A stretch of DNA of 64,000 nt from Yuukianura sp. NJ FZ-2021 (lineage: Eukaryota). The notes under the pieces are model-generated. The model did not search any database. It had not been told where the DNA came from and worked only from the letters and a program-made list of their open reading frames with translations. Shown here in pieces: positions 53,601 through 64,000 of the stretch. Within the stretch, counting starts at the first letter, position 1. Every line of letters begins with the position of its first letter. Made by a program: the position numbers and the translations under genes. The stretch covers positions 14,384,001 to 14,448,000 of the forward strand of contig CM102290.1 in the NCBI GenBank assembly GCA_046563655.1. Direction: 5' to 3'.

Positions 53601-56600
53601 GGCTGCCATGGGATTATTTGAAGAAGCTAGCAGCAGCGACGGCGACGTCAACGGTGGTTTGGACAACGGCGGCATTCCAATTCCAGAAGTGACGACTGCC
53701 AGCGACGTTGATTCCGACGGTCGCCTTCTTTCACTTGGCGAATGCAACGGTGGATCCATGGAGCCTGGAATGCCTAGCAACGACGACGGCGGTCCCAAAT
53801 TACTAAAGTGGTGAGCAAATCCAAGAGAAAAGGAATTTGAAACAACCGGAGGTGAGGACATTGGAGTTGAAATTGACAGTTTGGATTTAGAGCTCAAATG
53901 ACTGTTGCCATGGAAAAATGGTAAATTTCCACTTGACAACGACGTAACAACATTAGCCAACGTTGAGTTCATTGGAAACGGTAAAAATGCTGGATGAGAA
54001 GACTGGTACGGCGGTGGTGCTGGTACTGTTCCGGTATAAGTTGCTGTCAGTCCTGGTGGTAAGTTGATTCCAGGCGGTAGAGTTGGACTATTGTTGACTG
54101 TTGCCATGGAAACCAAATTGGTCGGAGCAGTTGCCATGGAAACCAGATTGTTCGGAGCTTCCATGAGGAGACCAAGGTGATGTGACTGGAGTGACAAGAG
54201 TCTGTCCAAAGATTCTTTCGGTTGCATCATCAATCCAAGTCCACCAGAATTCACTTCTTCCTTCATCACGTGACCTTGCTGCGAAATTTGACCTTGACCT
54301 TGCTGTGACATTTGACCTTGACCTTGCTGTGACATTTGACCTTGAAGGATTTGCGGAGAATGGAAATTTTGATTATGGAGTGGCATCAATTTTGGAGAAT
54401 TTTGATGAAATCGTGACTCCTCTTTGGCCAATGATTCTGGATGGCCCATTTTCCCAGTATAGAGATGCGAATGCGTGAAATTCCAACGGTCATCTTCAAA
54501 TTTAGGAAGATCTGGCGGCGTGGAACGCGTTGTCACGGCAACCTTCGGACCAGATTTTGTCAGATCACAAACATTTTCATCCGCCTCTGACTCTTGGAGT
54601 CTTCCAGCCTCAAACGCTGGTTCTGGAACAGGAACTGGAGTGACAGGAGTCGTGGCTGGAACAATCGCTGGAGGTGGCGGAGAGCTTTTGATTGGTGGAG
54701 CCGGTGGTTCTTCGGAAGTAATATCTTCAAATTCCGGTGGTCCGTCTGCTTCTGTCTTCTGTGTCCCACCGGACTTTTGTTTTTGTTGTAACCTCAACTT
54801 CTCTACTAAATTGATCGTCGCTTGAGCTGATTCTTCTTTGTTGTCTTCCCGTGTCAGCGCTTGAGAAAATGAAAATGACAGCGATTCTCGCTTGTTCTCT
54901 TCCTCTCCAGCGTCTCGACCGTAGTCCGCGGATACGCTTCGAGCCAAATCATAGAGATCATTGTCAAAGTCCAGAAGATCAGTAGGTTTCGGCCCATGCG
55001 TTGTCAGGGGTGACGGTGAGAAGATGGATTTCGGCATCGATGGGGCCGTGACCGGTACAGGTATCGGTACCGATACCGGCGGTACCGCTGTTGACATTAC
55101 TGCCGGAACATGACTTTGTACTTGGATTGATACAGTTGGAGTGGGCGACAGAATTGGCGATGGATCGATTCTCGGCCTCTTCGCTTCCGGTTCTTCGACT
55201 TCTATCTTATGCACAAGCGTTTTGTCCTTATCTGGAGGGAGCGGTGACAAGCACCGCGGCGGTGGTTGGAACTCTTTTTGAGGAAGTGGTAGAGGTGATA
55301 AGCACCGTGGAGCCAGTGGCGACAAAAGTGTTGGCGGTGGGACAGGTACTGTAGGAATTTGAGCTTTTCGCGGAGAATCAGCTACTGCCGGTGGTTCCAC
55401 AACTTTGCTTTCGTTTTCCTTTTCATCAGCACTTCCGGAATCTTCCGAGAGGAGCCCGAGCTCTCGCTTTTTCGTTTTCGGCATCGGTCGGTTCTTAAGC
55501 TCTGGAGAAATGTTCGACCCTGAAGACCTGGACTGAGTTCGTCCACGCGGTTTTACCGGTACCGGAACTTCGGTTTTGATTTCTCCTTCTTCCGAATCCG
55601 AACTCAGCGCTAATTCATCCCGAATCAGCGATTTCTTGCTGCCGACGCTCGAGCTGGTAACTTTCTCCTCTTTGGTTGGTGCTTTGGCTTCACCGGCGTT
55701 CCGTTTCTCTTCGGTCTTCGTGAAAATGCCGGAAGTTCTGGAAGCGGCGATATCGACTTTTCCGGAGATCGTCGCTGTGTCGGGTTTTGATTGGCGTTTG
55801 ACTGGCGACACGGCAGCGGTTGTTCCACGGCTTGTGATTGGTGGTCCGGGTGACGATGGGCGCAGAAGCGGAACAGCACTTCTCCGTGGGCCAGACTTCG
55901 GAGGTCCAGTAGTCTTGGGCGTAGGTTTGACTCTGGGGGGTGACACGGACTCTGTTCCATTTCGGCCCGAAGTCGTCGGGAGCCGCTCGGAAGTTTTAAG
56001 CTTCTTACCTGGCCCTGACGCTTGAAGTGGAACGAGAGTGGGGAGCTGGATTGGGGAGGGTCTCGGAGGAGATACTTTGGAACGTACTGGAGATACTTTG
56101 GATCGTACTGGAGATGCTGAACCGGGAGAGGAGGAGCGTGACGAAGATGAGGATGAGTTGTATGACGACGAATCGGAAGAACTTGTGCTGCCGGAACTAC
56201 TGGAACTGGAACTGGAACTTCGCTCACGACTTCTACGACATGCTGACTGCGACCCCTTGTCAAGAAAGGGCCAGTCAACACTTTTCAGTTCTTCCTTTAC
56301 TGGTGACTTCCTTTCAGAATCCTTTCGACCCAGCTTAGTAGTACCATGAGGAAGTTGATTTCCTACAAAAAATCAAAAAAATTTCAAAATTTTAAGTTTT
56401 TCGTCTTTTTATGTAATTCTGCTCACATCAAGGTTGTTTAAATCGAAATTTTGTTTTTTCTTAACAGGTTATGCCATAACTCCTGTTTTAAAAAAAATTG
56501 TTTGTTTTGATTTTTTGTCTGCAAAGTTGACCCCGGGCCATGTAAAGCAATGGAATTCTCGTACAAAAAAAATTTTTTTTGTCGTAATTTTGAAAAAAAA

Positions 56601-59600
56601 AGTGAGTTATGGCATAACCTGTTAACCTCATTAGTATAAATGGGGGCTATAACAACCTTGGCTGAAATGTCTAACCTTTGACAGGAGATTTTTCCTTGAC
56701 TCCTCCAACTTTGGCAGCAGAGCCTCTTCTATCTCCCAGTACTGGATCAGTACCTACGAGATCACGCAGCATCGCTTGAGACGAAGCGATTGTCGCTGAA
56801 GCCGACGGCGGTCGTCCTCTCGTTGGTGACTTGTCCATCGGTCCACTCTTGACAGCCTTGCCACTTTCCTTGGCCCTGTCCAACTTTGACTTCTTCCGCG
56901 ACGCTTCCATCTCATCTTCAATGATCAACCTTGCTGCCACGACGTTACTTTGACAAGATCGAATGTGTTCTGCAGCCTTCTTGGCTGCCTGTCTCTGCGG
57001 CACAATCGACACAGCTCCACAATCGCTGTCAGCGTCACTCAACGCTGCAACACTCCCACGTTTTCCAGCGATTTGCTGCACTGGAACCTCCATGTCCGGA
57101 ACCGTCACTCTTCTAACCACCGCGGCGCTTTTTCTATCGTCAGTTGACTTACGACGAGCCCCACCGTGGGACATTTCAGCTACCGAAGATTTCCGACGAT
57201 TCCCTTTGTCTCCCTCCCTCTTGACATCTTTTGGTGGTGGGGCTGGCGGGGGAGGCGGTGGGGCTGGTGGTGGCTCGGCCCCACCATCCTGTTCCTTCCC
57301 TTTGACGTTCTTCACGGACTTAATACTCTCTGTGGCCTTCTTAGCTGCCTCTCTTTGTGGAACAATGAGTTCATTTGCTTCAAACGGATCCACTTTCTTC
57401 TTTTTTCCAGGAACTCGGCCACGCTTTTTCGCTGCAGCGATTGCGGCTGGAACTGGAGGATCTTCTCCCTTGGAAAGTAAAGGAGACACACGAATTGTGG
57501 ATTTGGTAATTGGAAGTTGTGGAATTGGAACATTCTTGGAGCCCTTTTTGGAGAACTCCTTAAGGGCCCCCTTTGTCACCATCAGTGCAGCAGAAGAGGA
57601 AGCTCCAGCGTTCAATTTCTTTGGTAACTTCGTACTGGCCGTGTCGCTGTCCGTGTCAGAGTAAATTGGTTTCTGACTTCTTGCGCTGATGGTCGGCCGA
57701 CCTTTGACCTTGACTGAACTCGGCATCAGTTCCAGCTCAGATTCAGACGAAGAGGCTGCCTGCTTGCTCTTTCCGCCCTTCTTCACTTTCGTTTTGAGTA
57801 AAGTCTTGGTCTTCGTGGTGTTGGACATGATAGCTGCGTCCATGCTGGAATCAGTGTCAAAGAGGTAGGCCAGCGGTTTTCTCACTGTTTTGACACTACT
57901 TGACCCTTGACCTCCTTTGACACCAATGTCTTCCGTTTCACTCAAACTAGACAGACTCTCGCTTCGTCGTCTCGCACCATTCACAAAAGTCTTCTTGTAA
58001 GGGTTCTCTCCAGAGCCCTTAGTAGTTTTAGAGCCCTTGGGCTTCACTAGTCCATTGACCAACTCTGGTCTCGCCTCTCCTCCAATCAGAGTCACTAAAC
58101 TTTGAAAGTCTTTGTAGTTGCTCTTAGTTCCAGCTGTAGAATACACTTGATCGTACACTGACGGACCGTGATTGGCTTCCAGAATTGCTGCTCGCTCTGG
58201 ACCACTAAGGGCCTCCACTCCCTTGTCAGTTAGAATCGCAACCTTTACAAAAACAAAACACGTAAGTTTTCAAACATTAAATATGTTTCAAAATGTCAAA
58301 GTGTCAAAATCAGCTGATTTCGGACCTGCCAACACAGCAACTTTTTAACATTTGAATTTCGTACCTGTTTTTGAAACGCTTGTTCACGGAGGCGAAAGTA
58401 AGAGCGTGACAGTTTCTCTCTTCGACTCACCATGTAACACAGATTTCTCACCTACAATTTCAAAATTTCATAAAATTATGTTTACATAAAAAATTTCAAA
58501 AAAGTGTTGTTGCTTTTTTTTTTCAAAATTAACTTACTCTTTCGAGATCCTGTCTCAATTGTACAAACATTTTCATTTGTTCCAGATCCTGTTCTTGCTG
58601 TTGAGTGAGGAGCTGAGTAGTTTCTGGACGCGGTGGCACCAACGGACGATTATTGAGTGACTAAAAAGTTCATTCCAGTTAATAATCACCCATGCTAAAA
58701 CATTATACAAACTATTTAGTAACTTTATGAAAACTCACTTTTCTCTTCAACTTCCAGTAGTTGTAAATTAGATTCACAATGTCCATGTCCACAGCCAAGT
58801 TCTGCGATACATCTTTGAGTCTCACGTATTTGAAGAATTCCGCTTCAATTTGTTGCAATCTAAACCCAATTCAAACCAAAAATTAAAATGAATGCTTCAA
58901 ATTTCAAAAATTTCAATTCTGAAACAAATGCCAATCATTTGCTGAATGAAAAAAATCCCATCGAAAGAAGCAATTTTTCTTACTTTTCTGCTCTCGCTTG
59001 ATTTCGTTCTTCAGCCGTCATTGCCCTTGACTTTTTCTTTTCTCCGTCATCTTCTGAGCCAGAATGGGCAGTTTTATCTTTCTTCGTATTCACACTATGC
59101 TTTTCACAGTATGACTGCAAAAGTTTAAAATGAGAGAATGAGTCAAATCCAAATTTCAAAATTTTGAACCTTTCTTGAAAATCATACCCGGAGCTTGATT
59201 CCATCTTCAGCGTTTTCGTCCACAATGATGGGCTTCATCTCCAGTCCACTCTTGAATGCACAAGTGACATGGTAAGCCGTCTTGCAAGTTTTGACTGAAC
59301 ACTGAATGCAGGCTCCCGTCTTCTCCTTGCATATCACACAAATGAGGGACCATCTGCTTGGCTACACATTCAAAAACCAAAATTCAATTTCAAAATTTCA
59401 TAAAAATATTTCAAAATTTCCAAAGTCCTTACAGGAATTGCAGAGATTTTGGTAATGGGTTCCATTTTCTCAACAGATCCGATGCTCACTTCCGGAATCC
59501 AAATTGCGCATGCGACGTGAGCCCACTTGTGACCTGACCTTGTGGCCTTCATGGCACCTCCAGTATTGGGACAAAGGATACATGATGGTCGAATGCCCAG

Positions 59601-62123
59601 AGCTACAACAATACAAAGCAATTCATTAGTTCAGTAATTATACCACTAATTACGAACTACATAATTACGAACTACAATTCAGCAATTACGAACTATATAA
59701 CTCAGTAATTACGAACTACGTAATTCAGTAATTACGAACTCCATAATTCAGTAATTAGTAACTACCAACTATATAATTCAGTAATTGCGAACTATGTAGT
59801 AATTATGAACTACATAAATACATAATTACGAACTATTTATTATGAAAAACCTAAGGATTCCATGATTCCAGCAGTATCCTAACTCCTTTAGCTGCGAAAG
59901 ACAACTGACCGTTTTTTAGTTTAGTGAAACTACAGTACTAAAATTTAAATAAAATTTCAAATCCATATTTTTTTATGGTCCGTTGACACTGAAGTTTCAT
60001 TTTTGAAATTATCCAATAAAAAATATGTAGGTGGCCTTTGGCCTCCCTACTTCTCGACCATTCCAATTTCGTGGGAAGAGAACAAAGTGCAATTAAATTG
60101 GTCACAATTTGTGTCTGCTTGGTCATAAGTAGTTGTGACAAATTTTATGAGTTTCTCTTCGTCATCTGTTTAGTCTAACCTACTTAACCTTAACCTTCGT
60201 TTGTTTAAAAACAGCGATTAGCCATTATGAAAAGTGCAAGTGCTGAATGATTTCTTTCAAAAGTTGGGACACAATCACTTCTTACTTCCAAGAAAACGAT
60301 TTGAATTTAAAAAAAAATTATACTAAAAAGCTAAAATAAACAGTTTCTCCAAAGAACCGTTTAGCCTTCGTCCTAAAACCTTTCCAAAACAGGCTTTGAC
60401 AAAAAAATGAAAAAGTCAAAAAACCGAAATTGTTTCAGAACACACATTTCAGAAACTCGGAAAATTCTAAATTCGGGAATCGATTTGGAAATATGGAGAT
60501 AATTGCCCAGATTTACAGAGATATACTATATCGAGATACGTCGAGACAATTATGGAGATAACAAGATACACGCAGGCAGACAATTATCGAGATAAGATAT
60601 GTTATCCAAAAGTATGTTTTAAGATACTTTTGGATAAGTGTTATGGATAACTTACTGCAAGTCCGACAAAGAAATGAGCCAGAAGGAATGGACGTAATTC
60701 CATAGCAAGCTTGATGAACACAGATATTGCAGGAATCGCAAAAGACCATTTCATTTCCCTCTTCGGACTCGGGCTATAAAATTGGCACAAAAGAACACAA
60801 TTAATGTTAAAGTTCACACACAATTTCAGTCTAAAGTTGACCGTGACCTTTGACATTGACTTAAAAACTGTGCTGAGTTCTCACCGAGCGACAAACATCA
60901 CAAATGACGTTTTCATCATATTCAATGCCGAGTCCCTCTTGACTCTTGAGTATCGTTTGTACTTGTTCCCAACACTGGAGTTCCAACTCTTCAATGACTT
61001 GCTCCATCAGGAATTCTGAGATTACCGGAAGAGTTTGCATGACTCGATCTGAATTGGCACACCCCAGCCATGCTGCATCCACATCATCCAAATCATAGCT
61101 ACAAACTTTCTCTGCTCGAGCAGCAGTTGAAACTAATTGATGGTAATCGGGATTAAAGAAGTCATCGTGCGTCACTCGCACATATTTCTTCTTTGGCCTA
61201 GGATTTCAAAAGCAAACAAAAAATTAGCAAACTTTTGGTTTTGAATTTCAAAATTTTGAAAGTATTTTGAAAATCTTACAGTCTAAAATCATGACTTCGA
61301 TCGGCTACGGGTGAAATGACGACAACCTGTGACTCTGGTAAGGACTCTGGATTGACTGGAACCTGGACTCCCTTCTCCCACTCCTGTTTCCATGGATCCG
61401 TTATTAGCCAGTACTCTTCGGGCAACAGTGGCTCACTGTCAGGTAGCTTCATGGCACTTATCAAGTCCTTCCGGTACAACTATGGAGCAGTGAAAATCAA
61501 CAATAATCAGTAAACTATCACTTTTCAATTAGTAATTGGCATTAAGTCACTCTTGGTTTACTATACAATCGTCTAAAGTGCAAGAAACCAAGAGTTATGA
61601 AGCACAATTGCAAAGTGTCAAGAAAAAAAACCAACTTCGTAGAGAACGTTTTGATTCAAAACGTTTGAATTCTTTTTAAATTCGTTGCTGTACTACGAGC
61701 CAGTATAATCCTGAACGTTTTGCAATCGTTTTTTTAATTTTGTGCGAAGCGGGAATGTTGAAGAAATCAAATGTTGGATACAGACCGAAGTTACCTCAGC
61801 GGGTGCCTCTGCTGAGTTTCGATTGTAGATAGAGGCCACCTTGAGGTCACCCAGATTCCGCGGTGTCCAGACTCCACCGCTGAGGGAACCGTTGCCACCA
61901 CCAGAGTTAGATCCAGACCGTGTCCCATCTTCATCCAAGTCAGAGCCGGTTGGTCGGCGTCTACGACGCTTTCCTACAAATCAACAAATCAGTTACTTAA
62001 TCGTACTAAAAACGAACCATTTTCGGTATGTTGCAGTTCATATCATGGATGTTTTCATAAAAATGAGTCAAAGTTACCCTGGCTCTCGTCGGGCCGGCCA
62101 GGCTTCTTAACTCGTTGTGACAT
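50601..62123 (-). CDS. rno: PHD finger protein rhinoceros / JADE family (EPc-N, PZP domain, long low-complexity C-terminus)
   Basis: Start MSQRVKK at 62123. JADE signature [17 protein letters not shown]...[24 protein letters not shown]...[17 protein letters not shown]. e[15 protein letters not shown]...[13 protein letters not shown]. Large terminal exons (56671-58218 and 50601-~56360). Confidence 0.92.
59628..59840. repeat. Intronic degenerate minisatellite, ~23-bp unit gtaattacgaactacataattca
   Basis: aattacgaacta and close variants recur about 8-9 times. Confidence 0.8.
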
Positions 62124-64000
62124 TTTTAGTAGTTGGGGTTCTCCTTTAAACCATTACATTTGAAACTGGAACAAACAAAACAATAGCAATTAGTAATTAG
62201 AAAGTTCAAATGAAACTTAAAAGTAAACATTCACTGACTATAAGTGACAGTGAAAAGAAAGTGAGACACTTTTATGACACTGGAATGTATATCATGGTAG
62301 TACGTCACCCTCAACTCTTACTTAAACTGACATCCGAACTCTGCAGCCTTATCCGTTAATCGACTAATCAAATCACAATCTAATTAGTCCATAAAATCAG
62401 ATTACATTAGACTGGCTCCAGTGCAAAGATGTTAATGAGTACAACACAAAAGCACATTGAGGATCCGATTCCCAGAAAAAGCAGTAAAGTGTCAATGTAA
62501 CGAGAGCGCCGTTCCATTGATTCCTCGATCGGTCAATTAACCCTGACCGTCATGACCCAGTTCCGGACGTTATAAAACTGACCTACGAGAACTTAACAAC
62601 GTAACACAAACACTTAGCTTATGACCTTAAGGTAAACAACTTAGGAAATAGTACATACCCAGGTTCCGTTTCAAATAGCATGATACTTTTTGAGACGACT
62701 TTTGGATGGGGAAGTTAGACAGAAGGGTATGAAGCACTGATTAGACGGTACTTACATTATGGATACCTGTGATTAGTCTGGACAATTGTAAGGAATTCGT
62801 CAATTGTAACTTTGATTTTCCACACTAAGTATATCCACTATTTTGTGTAGTATATTCTTGTAAGTTGGCTGGTCCAAGTTACAGGCAGAAGCAGGAGATG
62901 GTTTTTTGCCTCTGCTTTCTACTCATTGACGATAGTAGTCATATGCTAAGTTAGGCTGTCTAACCTAACCTATGCTATAGTGCATAGTAAGGAAACAACG
63001 AAGAAGAGACACTTGAGTAAGGAACGGCAGCGCCATCTACCTTTTCGTTCCAAATTGGGCAGATCCGCACCCTCCACCACCCATTTGCTGAAGTTCAAAT
63101 AGCGACCAGTGTTGCCAAAATAGGCAAAACAAACCATATGTCAATATCAGCTGACATATAACGACTTACTTTATCTTATCACTGACTTAATAGCACAGCT
63201 ATTTCCAGATAAGGTGTAACTTATCAGAAGTTAAAATTGGCAGAAAAAGTTATCAGGGCACTGCTACTTTAATTTGATTTAAGGCTAACATTGACTACGA
63301 CTTTTTCTGGGATGTGATACGAACCCTGAATTTAAAGTAACTAACCCGCACATCTGCGAGAATTGGTAATACTATGTAAGCAAGACAAATTTTAGGTATT
63401 ACTGCGAACTCCCAGTAATAGCAAGTTAGCAAGAGAGTTAGCAAGGTCTCATCTAGACAAAGCTTTAGGTATTACAGGGAGCAAGTGAAATCTCATCAAG
63501 ACGAAATTTAGATATTACATACTGAGAGTTAAATGATGTTATCAATGTTATTTTTAATTATTTGAAAAAATTTTCTATCGGCAACGTCGCACAACAGTAT
63601 TGGGGGGTTTGGTTCTTCCTGTTTCCGGGGGTCAATATATCATTCAGACTAGAGCAATCATTCCTCATTCCACCGCTACGCTACCGTAGTCGTCGCGCCG
63701 TTTCGTTGTTGTCTTGTCTCTCTCACTTTCGATTTCACCATCAGTCAGATGTTAGGAAAAAGAGGGAAAGTGAATAAGTTCATCTTCTAATTAGTAATTG
63801 AAAAGTACAACTCACGTGTCAACTGCACTTCGAATTAAACATCCAGATAAACATAAACGGTAATCATCATTTTAAGCCTTAAAATTCATGGAATTCATTA
63901 CGTAAGACTTGCTCTGAATCATTAAATTCTACCACCTTACTTGCTTTTATCCAGATCTTAGACGTCGCAGCGAGGTGGACATTGACTATGAATCGTCCAG

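Noticed and set aside
50688..57664. Many antisense and alternative-frame ORFs overlapping rno exons
   Set aside because: Shadow ORFs of long low-complexity, GC-richer coding exons.
63028..63040. CTCF-like motif CAGCGCCATCTA near the rno 5' region
   Set aside because: A single partial motif match, with not enough support to call an insulator.
63950..64000. Possible start of a divergent plus-strand gene (acceptor ttatccag, ATG near 63988)
   Set aside because: Too little sequence before the window edge to support a call.

Overview
AT-rich eukaryotic genomic DNA with GT-AG spliceosomal introns. The gene content is arthropod-like; the species cannot be determined from the window. Gene order: 3' part of a serpin (+), SINHCAF/FAM60A (-), about 12 kb with no coding exon I can support, Rab21 (+), a large type I polyketide synthase (+), the DEAH helicase DHX35 (+), nervous wreck/FCHSD2 (-) and rhinoceros/JADE (-). 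The stand-out locus is the PKS. Six exons encode a ~2990-aa single-module KS-AT-DH-cMT-ER-KR-ACP-thioester reductase enzyme, unlike animal FAS. Its fifth exon is interrupted by a complete 3063-bp Transib (RAG1-like) transposon at 26211-29273. The element has a CCTGG target-site duplication, bipartite RSS-like TIRs (heptamer, 23-nt spacer, CCAAAAC) and an intact spliced 715-aa DDE transposase. Removing the element and one TSD restores the PKS reading frame exactly. Several MITEs, a 1.2-kb foldback element, tRNA-derived fragments and minisatellites lie in introns and intergenic DNA.
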